NCBI GenBank assembly: GCA_963767225.1
Contig: CAVYDD010000007.1
Span: forward strand, 53,887 to 117,886
DNA length: 64,000 nt
Direction of reading: 5' to 3'
Source of the DNA: an uncultured Acidobacteriota bacterium
GTDB taxonomy: Bacteria > Acidobacteriota > Terriglobia > Acidiferrales > UBA7541
The notes under the pieces are model-generated. The model was not told the DNA's origin and made no database searches. It saw only the letters and a list, made by a program, of their open reading frames with translations. This document shows, one piece after another, positions 9,638 to 19,455 of this stretch. A program made the position numbers and the translations under genes. The stretch's first letter is position 1. Every line of letters starts with the position of its first letter.

Positions 9638-10618
9638 CTAAAATGCGGCGGCGCCTTTGGGGCTTTGGTGCTTGATCAGCGCTATTACTTCATCGTGTCT
9701 GGCCATAGCGCGGGCGCCTATTTTTGTGCAGCAGAGCGCGGCGCAGGCGTTTGCGAACAGGCCTACTTTCTGGCAATCCCAGCCTTGCAGCAGAGCGTAC
9801 GAAAGGCCGCCCATGAAGGCGTCGCCCGCGCCGGTGGTGTCCACTACGTCCACCTTAAAGGCGGGGACTCTGGCGACTTCTTTGGGGGTGGCGATGAGGC
9901 AGCCGTCGGCGCCGAGGGTGATGGCGACAACTGTTGGACCCATGCGCAGTAGAGCGGTGGCGACTTTTTCGTAATCGGCTTCGCCGGTTAATTCGCGGGC
10001 GGCAGCTTTGCAGGGCTTTAGCACGTCCGCGAGGCGGAGAGCGGTGCAAAGTTCTTCCTGGGTGCCGAGATTGGATTCGGCATAGAAGCTGGGGGAAACG
10101 TCTAGGTCGAAGATGACGCGGACTTTGGCGTCGTGAGCTACCTGCATCGCCTCTTTTACGGGAGCGATGGCGAGTTGCGACGCTTCGGTGTGGAAATGTT
10201 GGGCTGCCTGAATGTGCGGCGCGAAGCGATGCAGGACTTGATAGACGGAAATTTTTCCGGTGACGTTGGGAAACATGTAGATGCAGCGCTCGCCGGAGAT
10301 GTCCACCGGAATCCAGGTGAGCGCGGAGTATTCGCCCTTCACAACTTCAATGCCGGAGAGGTCCATGTGATCTTCCGCGAAGGCTTTCTGGATAGTGCGG
10401 CCGTTTTCGTCGTCGCCGATGAGGCCGAGCCAGCCGGTGCTGATGCCGAGGCGCGCGACTTGCGTGAGATTGTTGGCGGTGACGCCGCCGGCGTGAATTT
10501 CCATGCGCGTGGCGTTGATTTTTTCTTCGGGGCCGAGCAGGCGCGGGACGATGGCGAAATAATCCACGGTGCAGCTGCCGATTCCGACGACGTCCACTTT
10601 TGCTGTTAGGTCTGACAT
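9638..10618 (-). CDS. PfkB-family carbohydrate kinase (ribokinase-like)
   Basis: N-terminal GIGSCTVDY and C-terminal DTTGAGDAF anion-hole motif, ~326 aa, in the ribokinase-like fold family. Confidence 0.85.
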   Translation of the reverse strand: MSDLTAKVDVVGIGSCTVDYFAIVPRLLGPEEKINATRMEIHAGGVTANNLTQVARLGISTGWLGLIGDDENGRTIQKAFAEDHMDLSGIEVVKGEYSALTWIPVDISGERCIYMFPNVTGKISVYQVLHRFAPHIQAAQHFHTEASQLAIAPVKEAMQVAHDAKVRVIFDLDVSPSFYAESNLGTQEELCTALRLADVLKPCKAAARELTGEADYEKVATALLRMGPTVVAITLGADGCLIATPKEVARVPAFKVDVVDTTGAGDAFMGGLSYALLQGWDCQKVGLFANACAALCCTKIGARAMARHDEVIALIKHQSPKGAAAF

Positions 10619-10632
10619 GGGCTCGATTCCGG

Positions 10633-11748
10633 CTATTTTGCCGCCGTTTGCGGATGCGTGGCGGGCGGCTGCGCCATCAGGTCAATGAACATCTTATAGA
10701 ATTTTTCTTTGTTTAGTTCTTCGGGGATATTGACGAGCTGCTCGCCCAGGCCGGGTTGCGCGCCGCCGGTCCACACCAGCACGTTGCCGTAGCCTGCGGT
10801 GTGCGAAATGTCTATGTCCATGAAATATTGCGTTTGCTGGGTGATGATGGCGGGGTCGAGCCATCCGGCGACGGCGAGTTCGTCCCACATGAATTCTTCG
10901 TCGGCATATTTTGCGAGGTATTGGGAGGCGGGGCTGGGTGATTTTGCGATTGCGGCGATCAGTTCTTTGGTCATGCGGGTCTTCACGGAAATATCCACGG
11001 TGGTGATGGTGATTTTGTGCCAGGGCGCGGTGAGGACGATGTGGACGGCTTCGGGATCCCACCAGAAATTAAATTCGCGGCGATTTTCGGCGAGCCAGTC
11101 TTTGGGGACGATGGGGGCGATGCTGCCGCCCATTACCACGAGCTCTTGCGCTAGCTCGGAGACTTGCGGATCGAGGCTGACGGCTTGCGCGATGTCGGTC
11201 ATGGGACCGCCGGCATAAATGGTGACTTCGTGCGGATATTTGTGGACCATGCGGATGATGAAATGCGCGGCGTCTTCTTTTTGCGCTTGCAGAGTTGGGT
11301 TGCCTTCGGCGAGATCGGGAACTTCAAAGGGCAGGTGATATTTTCCGCGCAGGCCGTCGCCGAGATTCATGCCGGGGCGGTGGCCGTTCCACGCGCCTTG
11401 ATAGTGGACCGTGCCGTATAGTTTTTCCCAACGCTCGATCATATCCATGCGATTGATCAGCGGGTAGACCGCGCCGGGATAGACGGGGATGTCCTGGTGG
11501 CCTGTGAGTTCCAGCATGCGCAGGGTGTGGGCAACTTCTTCGTCGCGCCACATATCGCCGCTGACTACGGTGATGCCGAGCGTTTCCACGTTGGGAGATT
11601 GCAGGAACATGAGGATGGATTGCTGGTCGGTGGTGGCGGCGCCGCGTGCGTCCTGGTCAATGATAACTTTTCGCTTGGTTTGCGCGGTGGCGGCGGAAGC
11701 CAGCGCGATGCAGAAGACGGTGAACAGCAGGATTCTGTTCGGGCCCAT
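10633..11748 (-). CDS. inosine-uridine-preferring nucleoside hydrolase family protein, secreted
   Basis: ATG at 11748 with RBS AAGGGGA. Signal peptide MGPNRILLFTVFCIALASAATA, then IIDQDARGAATTDQ (the DxDxxxDD calcium/ribose-binding motif of IU-NH). Confidence 0.8.
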   Translation of the reverse strand: MGPNRILLFTVFCIALASAATAQTKRKVIIDQDARGAATTDQQSILMFLQSPNVETLGITVVSGDMWRDEEVAHTLRMLELTGHQDIPVYPGAVYPLINRMDMIERWEKLYGTVHYQGAWNGHRPGMNLGDGLRGKYHLPFEVPDLAEGNPTLQAQKEDAAHFIIRMVHKYPHEVTIYAGGPMTDIAQAVSLDPQVSELAQELVVMGGSIAPIVPKDWLAENRREFNFWWDPEAVHIVLTAPWHKITITTVDISVKTRMTKELIAAIAKSPSPASQYLAKYADEEFMWDELAVAGWLDPAIITQQTQYFMDIDISHTAGYGNVLVWTGGAQPGLGEQLVNIPEELNKEKFYKMFIDLMAQPPATHPQTAAK

Positions 11749-11955
11749 GGCGATAATTGATCCCCTTGTTGTGGTTCGGCTGAAAACTATTTGCGGCTGG
11801 TTTCCCTTGGTCGTGTTCCGGTGGCAGGACACCTGTGGCACCAACGGAGCTTATAGTTCTCCGCGGAGAATGAGTCAAGAGAAAACGGCGTTTTTGCTGG
11901 AACGAAGGGTAGTGCCAAAACAGGTGACGTCAATAGCGGATGTTATAATCCGCGG

Positions 11956-13326
11956 ATGTTTGCCGGGTTCAGAGCGTGGTGGAATTATGCGCAGCCGCTG
12001 GTTGGCGTGATGTTGTGTCTCGGATTTGCCGCGCACGCGCCGGTGAGTGTGGCGCAGACTGCCGGGCAATCGGCGGCGACTTTGATTTCACAGGCACGGG
12101 CTTCCGCGGCGGCGGGGCAATTTGCGGAGGCGATCGCGGATTATCACGAAGCGCTGCGGATCGCGCCGCGCAATTTGAATGCGGAAATTGGATTGGCGCA
12201 GGCGTATCGCGGGGTGCGCAATTTTGATTCGGCCAAGCAGCTGCTGGCAGAGGCGCGCCGCGAGCATCCGAAAAGCGCGCTGCCGCTTGCGATGCTGGGC
12301 GACATGGATTTGGAACTGCAGACGTACGACGCGGCGATCGGGCACTTGACGGCCGCGTTGGCGCTTGAGCCTGCGAACGTGGACGCGCGGAATCGGCTGG
12401 CGGTTGCTTACAAAGCGAAGGGCGGCGCGGCAGACAAGGCGGCCGCACTCGAGCAGGTCGCCCAGGTGCTGGCGCGCAATCCGCAGAACGCACTGGCACT
12501 TTACACGCGGGCGGAAATTTATGCCGACCAGAACCGCGATGCGCTGGCGCTGCCGGATGCGGAAAAAGTTGTGGAGTTGCAGCCGCAGAATCCGCGCGGG
12601 CGAGCGCTGCTGGGAAAGATTCTGGTGCGCGCGCCTGCTGGTGCTGCACCGGAGGAAATTAAACGGCGCTGCGGGCGGGCGGTGCTGGCGCTGGAGCCGC
12701 TGGTGAACGGAGCTTTGGCGGCCGCGGCCGATCCGGAGACGCTATTTTTGTTGTCGCGGGCATATCGCTGTGCGGGACAGGATGAGAAGGCCGCGACCAC
12801 CTTAGAGGAATTCGAGCAGGCTTCGCGGAACGATCGGACTTCGAAGGAAAATCAGACACAGGCGAAACACCTGGTGCAGCAGGCCGATGAGTTGGCGATG
12901 AAGAACGATTTCGCGGGGTCGCTCGCAGTGCTGCAGCAGGCGATTGCTATGGACGCGACTTATCCAGGGGCTTACTCGCAGTTGGCGAAACTTTATTATT
13001 CGGCAGGGGACATTCAGAAGGCGAGCGATGCGATTGGGCAGGCTTTGCAGCGGGCGCCGTATCATCCGGAATATCTTTATGTGCAAGGGAGAATTTTTGA
13101 GAAGCAGGGGCGAATAGATGAAGCGCTTGGGGTTTTTCAGCGGACCGTGCTGGTAAATCCGAAAGAGTCCGATGCTTATTTTGAGCTGGGGGCGATTTAC
13201 CAGCAGCGCGGGGAGCTTGCGAAGGCGAGGGCCGCTTACGCAAAGGCCGTCGAGATTTCGCCGGACGATCCTGATTACAAGCGGGCGCTGGCGGCGTTGC
13301 GTGGCAGCGCGGCCGCGACGCCGTAA
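11956..13326 (+). CDS. tetratricopeptide (TPR) repeat protein, secreted
   Basis: Signal peptide followed by multiple 34-residue TPR repeats (AxxxYxxALxxxPxN... pattern) across 456 aa. Confidence 0.8.
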   Translation: MFAGFRAWWNYAQPLVGVMLCLGFAAHAPVSVAQTAGQSAATLISQARASAAAGQFAEAIADYHEALRIAPRNLNAEIGLAQAYRGVRNFDSAKQLLAEARREHPKSALPLAMLGDMDLELQTYDAAIGHLTAALALEPANVDARNRLAVAYKAKGGAADKAAALEQVAQVLARNPQNALALYTRAEIYADQNRDALALPDAEKVVELQPQNPRGRALLGKILVRAPAGAAPEEIKRRCGRAVLALEPLVNGALAAAADPETLFLLSRAYRCAGQDEKAATTLEEFEQASRNDRTSKENQTQAKHLVQQADELAMKNDFAGSLAVLQQAIAMDATYPGAYSQLAKLYYSAGDIQKASDAIGQALQRAPYHPEYLYVQGRIFEKQGRIDEALGVFQRTVLVNPKESDAYFELGAIYQQRGELAKARAAYAKAVEISPDDPDYKRALAALRGSAAATP

Positions 13327-13392
13327 GCTTGGGTTTGCTGCGCGACGCTTTCGTCTGGTGGATGTTTTAGTATCTGATAGAATCCGTGACCT

Positions 13393-15168
13393 ATGCGAAT
13401 TCATAAGAACTACTTTTTTGCCGCTGTGCTTGTCGCCGCTGGTGGCGTTGGGGCCGGCATAACGCTTCGCGCGCAAAAGTCCGATTCGGTTGCGGAGCGC
13501 GTGGCGGCACAGAATGCGATCTTCGAGGACAAGTACGAATCTGACCTGCGCAACTTCCCGGAGAACGCGACGGCGTACGGAGATTATCGCTACAACGATA
13601 AGCTGGAGGATTATTCGCTGGCGGCGATCGCGGAGCGACACAAAACCGACGAGGCGTTTTTGGCGAAGCTCGCGGCGATTCCTACGGCGGGGTTTCCTGA
13701 TCAGGATCAGCTTTCGCATGACGTGATGGCGCGCGTGCTGGAACAGCGCGACGCGGATTTCGCTTTGAAAGAGTATGAGATGCCGATCAACCAGATGAAC
13801 GGCATCCACACCAGCCTGGCTGACCTGCCCCTTTCAGTGCCGCTCGATTCGGTGCAGCACTACGAGGATTATGTGGCGCGGCTGCGGCAGATTCCTGTCG
13901 CGTTGAACCAGACCAGCGATGTGATGCGCGCGGGGATGCGGGACAAGCTGATGCCCGTGCGCTTTCTGCTGGAGAAAATTCCGGTGCAGTGCGAAGGGAT
14001 CATTGACGCGGATCCTTTTCTGCAGCCGACGAAGAAATTTCCAGCGGACATTTCTGCGGAAGAGCAGCAGCGGCTGACGCAGGAGATCGCGGACGCAATT
14101 AATAAAGATGTGATTCCGGCGTATCGCACCTTCGCCGCTTTTGTGCGCACCGAGTATGCGCCGCAAGGGCGGACCACGCTGGCGGTGACTTCGTTGCCGG
14201 ACGGCGAGAAGCGCTACCAGAACGATATTTACGGGCGTACGACCACGCGCATGACGGCGGAGGAAATACATCTGCTGGGGTTGCGCGAGATCGACCGCAT
14301 CGAAGGCGAGATGACGGCGATTGCGAAGAAGGAAGGGTTCACCGACCTTGCGTCCTTCCGCGCAGCGATCGCAAAAAATGCGAAATACATTCCCACCAGC
14401 GCGGAAAAAATTCTTGATGATTTCCGGCATTACATTGCGGAGATGGAACCGAAGCTGCCGGAGCTTTTCACCTTGCTGCCGAAATCGCCGGTAACGGTGG
14501 AAGCGATTCCTGCTTTTCAGGCGGCCGCGGCGACGCACTACGTGACGGGGACGCCGGATGGGAAGCGTCCGGGGCGCGTGGTGGTGGCGACCTCGGATTT
14601 CGCACGCCGGTCGCTGGTGGGGGATGAGGCGATCGCTTACCACGAAGGAATTCCGGGACATCATTTGCAGCTTTCGGTGCAGCAGCAGTTGACCGGGTTG
14701 CCGAAATTCCGGCTGCACGGGTTGGGGTTCAACGCCTATATCGAAGGATGGGCTTTGTATGCGGAGCAGTTGGGGAAGGAAGTGGGATTTTATCAGGACC
14801 CGGTATCGGATTACGGGCGGCTGTCGTCTGAACTTTTCCGCGCGGTGCGTTTAGTGGTGGACACCGGGATCCATGCGAAAGGTTGGACGCGCGAGCAAGT
14901 GGTGGAATTCTTCCGTAAGTCGGCCGCGGTGGATGAGCCTACGATTCAGTCCGAGACGGATCGGTATATCGCCTGGCCGGCGCAGGCGCTTAGCTACAAA
15001 CTGGGGCAGCTGAAGTTTCGCGAACTGCGCGAGCGGGCGCGCAAAGAATTGGGCGCGAAGTTCGATATACGGACTTTTCATGACGAGATGATCAATGGCG
15101 GGACTTTGCCGCTGGATCTGCTGGAAGCGCGGACTGATAAGTGGATCGCGGAGCAGAAATCAAAGTGA
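13393..15168 (+). CDS. DUF885 family protein (putative secreted metallopeptidase-like)
   Basis: 591 aa with signal peptide. Conserved YHEGIPGHHLQ (HExxH-like) motif and overall DUF885 architecture. Confidence 0.75.
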   Translation: MRIHKNYFFAAVLVAAGGVGAGITLRAQKSDSVAERVAAQNAIFEDKYESDLRNFPENATAYGDYRYNDKLEDYSLAAIAERHKTDEAFLAKLAAIPTAGFPDQDQLSHDVMARVLEQRDADFALKEYEMPINQMNGIHTSLADLPLSVPLDSVQHYEDYVARLRQIPVALNQTSDVMRAGMRDKLMPVRFLLEKIPVQCEGIIDADPFLQPTKKFPADISAEEQQRLTQEIADAINKDVIPAYRTFAAFVRTEYAPQGRTTLAVTSLPDGEKRYQNDIYGRTTTRMTAEEIHLLGLREIDRIEGEMTAIAKKEGFTDLASFRAAIAKNAKYIPTSAEKILDDFRHYIAEMEPKLPELFTLLPKSPVTVEAIPAFQAAAATHYVTGTPDGKRPGRVVVATSDFARRSLVGDEAIAYHEGIPGHHLQLSVQQQLTGLPKFRLHGLGFNAYIEGWALYAEQLGKEVGFYQDPVSDYGRLSSELFRAVRLVVDTGIHAKGWTREQVVEFFRKSAAVDEPTIQSETDRYIAWPAQALSYKLGQLKFRELRERARKELGAKFDIRTFHDEMINGGTLPLDLLEARTDKWIAEQKSK

Positions 15169-16683
15169 TGAAGAATTAGCGCGGCGATTTGGATTTTGGC
15201 GCGCGGCTTCGAGCGCAATTGCTAGATCTTGCACGCCGCGGTGGATTTCTTTGGCGTCAGTTGCGGCGAAACCCAGCTGTAAGCCCGTTGATGCGGCCTT
15301 TCCCTGGCTGTAGACGCTCAGCGGAGTGACTTCTACGTCTCGTTTGGCGGCCGCTGCAGCTGCTGATTCGCCGTCCAGTCCACGTTTTAGCCAGCCTACT
15401 GTTTGCAAGCCCGCTTCAATTCCTGAAATCTCTAGCAGGCCGCTGAGATTTTGTTTGGCACAGTTCATGAGGACGTTCAGGCGCTCGGCGTAAATTTGCC
15501 TCATGCGTCGGAGATGGCGGCCGAAGTGTCCTGCGGTGATGAAATCGCAGAGGACGGCTTGATCCATGAGCGAGGCGTGGCGGCGAGTGATTGAGAGCGT
15601 GGCGGAAGCGCGGTCCGTCAGGTCGTTTGGCAGCACCAGGTATCCCAGCCTGAGGGAAGGGAAGAGAACTTTGCTGAAGCTGCCGGTAAACAGTACCTGG
15701 CCGTGGCGGTCGAGGCCTTGCAGTGCCGGGACGGGGCGGCCTGCATAGCGGAATTCGCTGTCGTAATCGTCTTCTAGAATGAGCGTGCCGGATTTGCGGG
15801 CGTATTCCAGTAATTGGAGGCGGCGCGCGAGACTCATGGTGATTCCGAGGGGAAACTGGTGGCCGGGAGTGACGTACACGAGGCGCGCGTTGCGGAGGGT
15901 AGCTGCGCACAGCTGGATGCCTTCGTCGTCCAGGGGGAGGTACGATATTTTTGCGCCGAGCGATTGGAAGACGGTGGCCGCGCCTATGTATCCGGGATTT
16001 TCCATGCAGACTCGATCGCCTGGATTCACGAAGAGACGCGCGATGATATCCAGAGCTTCCTGCGCGCCGGAGACAATGGCTACTTGATCGGGGGTGCAGT
16101 TTACGCCGCGCGAGGTGTTGAGGTAGGTTGCGACGGCTTGGCGAAGGGGCACGTATCCGAGCGCATCGCAGCCCATGAGGAAATTCATGGACACTTTGCG
16201 CAGGCGGCGCGCGGCGACTTGCGCCCATAGCGTGGTGGGGAAGAGATCGAGGGCGGGCAAATTGGGGCGGAAGGCTCGCGTGGGGTGGGGCGCGAAATTC
16301 GGGAAAAGGTGGACGCGTTTGGCGTATGCGGAAAATTTCCGTGGCTGATTTCGTGGTGGTCGTGGTTGCGGCGACAGTGGCCGCGGCGCGTTGCTGCGCA
16401 CCTGAAGCAATTCGTCGGGCAGAGTGCTGCTCACGTATGTGCCTGAACCGGTGCGCGCTTGCACGTAACCTTCGGATTTGAGCTGATCAATGGCGTTGAC
16501 GATGGTACCGCGCGAGAGGCGGTATTGGCGGGCGAGATCGCGCGTGGCGGGAAGGCGAGCGGCGGGGGGCAGGCGGCCTTCGAGTATGCAGGCGCGTAGT
16601 GCAGCGTAGAGCCAGCGATAGGCGGGCGCCGTGGAATCTTTGGGGGGAAGCGCGAGTTCGAATGTGGCGGCTCTTTTCACCAT
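15160..16683 (-). CDS. MocR/GabR-type GntR-family transcriptional regulator with PLP-dependent aminotransferase domain
   Basis: N-terminal GntR winged-helix region (LPATRDLARQYRLSRGTIVNAIDQL) and C-terminal aminotransferase class I/II fold domain with the PLP-lysine region (SFSKVLFPSLRLGY). Confidence 0.85.
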   Translation of the reverse strand: MVKRAATFELALPPKDSTAPAYRWLYAALRACILEGRLPPAARLPATRDLARQYRLSRGTIVNAIDQLKSEGYVQARTGSGTYVSSTLPDELLQVRSNAPRPLSPQPRPPRNQPRKFSAYAKRVHLFPNFAPHPTRAFRPNLPALDLFPTTLWAQVAARRLRKVSMNFLMGCDALGYVPLRQAVATYLNTSRGVNCTPDQVAIVSGAQEALDIIARLFVNPGDRVCMENPGYIGAATVFQSLGAKISYLPLDDEGIQLCAATLRNARLVYVTPGHQFPLGITMSLARRLQLLEYARKSGTLILEDDYDSEFRYAGRPVPALQGLDRHGQVLFTGSFSKVLFPSLRLGYLVLPNDLTDRASATLSITRRHASLMDQAVLCDFITAGHFGRHLRRMRQIYAERLNVLMNCAKQNLSGLLEISGIEAGLQTVGWLKRGLDGESAAAAAAKRDVEVTPLSVYSQGKAASTGLQLGFAATDAKEIHRGVQDLAIALEAARQNPNRRANSSSL

Positions 16684-16733
16684 GGAAGTGGTACAGGAAG
16701 AATAGCATAAATGGACCTTGTGAATGGACCGCT

Positions 16734-17219
16734 ATGGATTTAGGTTTAAGGCTGCGGGAGGAAGCGATGAGAGCTTACGGAATGCTGGGGCGAAGCATTG
16801 TTGCTGCGCTCTGCGTGATGGCGGCGGGATTTCTGGAGTGGGATCAAGTGCGCTCCGATACGCAGCATGCGGAGAGGAGTGAGCGAGGCCGAATTGTCCT
16901 GGAGCGGGCGCTGCCGAAAATGGATGGCGAGCATCTGAAGGTGACATTGGTTGAGGTGAATTACGGGCCGGGCGAATCGTCGGCGGCGCATAGCCATCCT
17001 TGTCCGGTGATTGGTTACGTGGCGGCGGGGTCGCTGCGAACGCAAGTGCGCGGCGAGAAGGAAGCGGTATACAAGGCGGGTGAAAGTTTTTACGAGGCGG
17101 CGAATGGCGTGCATGTGGTGTCTGCGAATGCGAGCCAGACGGAACCGGCGAAACTGATCGCTTATTTTGTTTGCGATCATGACGCACCGTTGAGTGTGAC
17201 GGCGCCGGGAGGGAAGTGA
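16734..17219 (+). CDS. cupin-domain protein (secreted/signal-anchored)
   Basis: The ATG at 16734 avoids an 85-nt overlap with the MocR gene. N-terminal hydrophobic segment, then a cupin core (LVEVNYGPGESSAAHSHPCPVIGYVAAGSLRTQVRGE...YEAANGVHVV). Confidence 0.6.
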   Translation: MDLGLRLREEAMRAYGMLGRSIVAALCVMAAGFLEWDQVRSDTQHAERSERGRIVLERALPKMDGEHLKVTLVEVNYGPGESSAAHSHPCPVIGYVAAGSLRTQVRGEKEAVYKAGESFYEAANGVHVVSANASQTEPAKLIAYFVCDHDAPLSVTAPGGK

Positions 17220-17221
17220 TC

Positions 17222-17698
17222 ATGCGTGAGCGATCGTTTGATGCCGACGATATGGCGCGCCGAGCCGCCGGGACGACGCGCGCGGTGAATGGGGTGCGGT
17301 GGGGAACTTTGTATGCGCGCTGGGCGCTGGGCGCGGCTTTTTTGTCGGGGATCGCCGATCGCTTCGGGTGGTACACGGGGCGGAACGTGGGGTACGGAAA
17401 CTTCGCGGGGTTTGTGGCTTACACGGCGAAGGTTAATTCGTTCATGCCGGCGTTGACGATTCCGTTTCTGGCGTGGGCGGCGACGGCTGCGGAATTCTTT
17501 CTGGGCATCTTGTTAATACTTGGCATCTGGCCGCGTTGGGTGGCGTTTGCGAGCGCAGCGCTGCTGGTGCTGTTTGGGATTGCGATGGCGATTTCATTTG
17601 GAGTCAAGTCGCCGATGGATTATTCAGTGTTTTCGGCGTCGGCGGCAGCGGTTTTGCTCGGGCTCTACGCGGATCGCGGGGCTTTGGCGCGAGCGTGA
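17222..17698 (+). CDS. DoxX-family membrane protein
   Basis: ATG at 17222 with GGAGGG RBS, and its start overlaps the cupin stop codon. Four predicted TM helices, similar to DoxX/MauE. Confidence 0.65.
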   Translation: MRERSFDADDMARRAAGTTRAVNGVRWGTLYARWALGAAFLSGIADRFGWYTGRNVGYGNFAGFVAYTAKVNSFMPALTIPFLAWAATAAEFFLGILLILGIWPRWVAFASAALLVLFGIAMAISFGVKSPMDYSVFSASAAAVLLGLYADRGALARA

Positions 17699-17742
17699 GT
17701 GGCGTGATCTAAAATATTGTGAGGTTGGCGCAAGGAGGATTT

Positions 17743-18213
17743 ATGGAAACGCGATTTAATTTTATGAAGGCGGCGCCTGGAGTGTACGAAGCAATGCGCG
17801 GGCCGGAGAAATATTTGCAGGGGTGCGGGTTGGAGCAGGGCCTGCTGCACTTGATCAAGCTGCGAGCTTCGCAGGTGAATGGCTGCGCTTACTGCCTGGA
17901 CATGCACTGGAAGGATTTGCAGGCGAGCGGAGAGAAGGAGCAGCGGATGTATTCGCTCGATGCGTGGCGGGAATGCCCGTATTACACGGAGCGGGAACGG
18001 GCGGCGCTGGCATGGACGGAAGCGGTGACTCTGATTACGAATGGTCACGCGCCGGATGCCGTCTACCAGGAAGCGCGCGCATATTTTAGCGAGAAGGAAA
18101 TCTGCGACCTGACTTTGGCGGTGGCCGCGATCAATGCGTGGAATCGGCTCGCGATTTCTTCGCGGACGGCTCCGGGCGGATATCATGCGCAGCCAGTGAA
18201 GGCGGCACACTGA
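17743..18213 (+). CDS. carboxymuconolactone decarboxylase family protein (AhpD-like alkylhydroperoxidase core)
   Basis: Strong RBS AAGGAGGA seven nt upstream of ATG 17743. Contains the NGCAYCLDMH CxxC(H) AhpD-core motif. Confidence 0.8.
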   Translation: METRFNFMKAAPGVYEAMRGPEKYLQGCGLEQGLLHLIKLRASQVNGCAYCLDMHWKDLQASGEKEQRMYSLDAWRECPYYTERERAALAWTEAVTLITNGHAPDAVYQEARAYFSEKEICDLTLAVAAINAWNRLAISSRTAPGGYHAQPVKAAH

Positions 18214-18348
18214 CGCAGATTGAAGTGAGCGGATAATTTCCCACGAGGGGCGCACAGCATTCGCTGCGCGATGAACATTGGCCATGCGGGTTTTTTGTTT
18301 GGTGCACGGGTGTGTTCGAGCAGGCAGGTAAATTCAAAGGAGGAAAAT

Positions 18349-18810
18349 ATGCGACGAATTACACGGATGGCGGTGGGAATTTTTGTGTTGGGAATGCTGC
18401 TGGGCCCGGGGACGGCTTTCGGCCAGGATGAGCGAAGTCAAATTCTGAAGGTGCGGGAAAGTGTATGGCGGGCATGGTTTGCGAACGACTCGAAGGCGCT
18501 GGAAAGGCTGGTGCCGCCAGACACGATCGTGATCAGTTCCGACGAAGCGAAGTGGAAGAACCAGGCGGACGTATTGCGAACCGCGGCAGAGTTTCAGGCA
18601 GACGGCGGAAAACTGATCCGGCTGGAATTCCCGCGGACGGAGATCCAGCGATTCGGGGAGGTGGCGATTATCTGGACTTCGTACTTGGTCGAGACGGAAG
18701 AAAACGGGAAACGCGCGGTGGTTTCCGGACGGGCCACGGAGATTTTTGTGCGGCGCAATGGGGAGTGGGTGAATCCGGGCTGGCACACGGATTCGTTCAA
18801 GCCGGAATAG
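18349..18810 (+). CDS. NTF2-like/SnoaL-like (DUF4440-type) secreted protein
   Basis: RBS AGGAGGAAAA before ATG 18349. Signal peptide MRRITRMAVGIFVLGMLLGPGTAFGQ, then the WRAWFANDSKALERLV ... IWTSYLVETE ... RRNGEWV pattern of NTF2-like fold proteins. Confidence 0.6.
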   Translation: MRRITRMAVGIFVLGMLLGPGTAFGQDERSQILKVRESVWRAWFANDSKALERLVPPDTIVISSDEAKWKNQADVLRTAAEFQADGGKLIRLEFPRTEIQRFGEVAIIWTSYLVETEENGKRAVVSGRATEIFVRRNGEWVNPGWHTDSFKPE

Positions 18811-19411
18811 CGGACGTTGCCTTAAAAGCGCGCGCGGCGGGCGCTGGAGGTGATGTGCAATGCGGCACGGTGTACTGTATTGCGCATGTTTGAAAAGTGG
18901 CGAGAGGCATAGTCGAGGATGCCGCGCAACAGCAGCGGAAATTCACAATGGGAGGCCCTCTACATGCATCGTGCACATCGTTATGCCGCTTCGCTGTTTT
19001 TAACCGCCGCTCTGGCCGCGCCGCGGTCAATGATGGCTGCGCCTGTACCGCAAGGAGCGGGCGTGCCGGTACGAGTCTAGCACTCCAGCCCCACGATTAT
19101 CACAACCGGGACGACCACGAGCGCCACAGATGGGGAGTGTACCTGTCGGACAACCACCGGCACGAGCACGAGTACTCGCGCGCCAATCATAAGGAGCCGA
19201 GGGATTACTGGAATTGGCGGCACGGTCATCGGGATTAATCGGCGGTAGTCGCAGCTTTTCGGATGGGGAAATGCCCCGCGACAGGGGCGTCCGGTCTGTC
19301 GCGTTGCGGATCGGACGCCATCTCAGGCGGGTGACTTCGGTGAAGAAGTGAACTTCGGTGTTGTGGTTCCCGCCGTTGAGAGTCTGTGTCAAAACACAAA
19401 GATCAGCACTT

Positions 19412-19428
19412 CAGCGGCTAAAGTTGCG
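19412..19428. repeat. copy of short REP-like motif CAGCGGCTAAAG(TT)GCG, 3' of methyltransferase gene
   Basis: The 12-mer CAGCGGCTAAAG is identical to the copies at 35645-35656 and 41612-41623. Confidence 0.4.
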
Positions 19429-19455
19429 TCGCGGAGGTGGCGGAGTCAAGGCGAG

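Noticed and set aside
16599-16733. Upstream start (16599) for the cupin gene
   Set aside because: It overlaps the MocR gene by 85 nt and the first 45 residues are Arg/Trp-rich junk. The hydrophobic N-terminus begins at ATG 16734.
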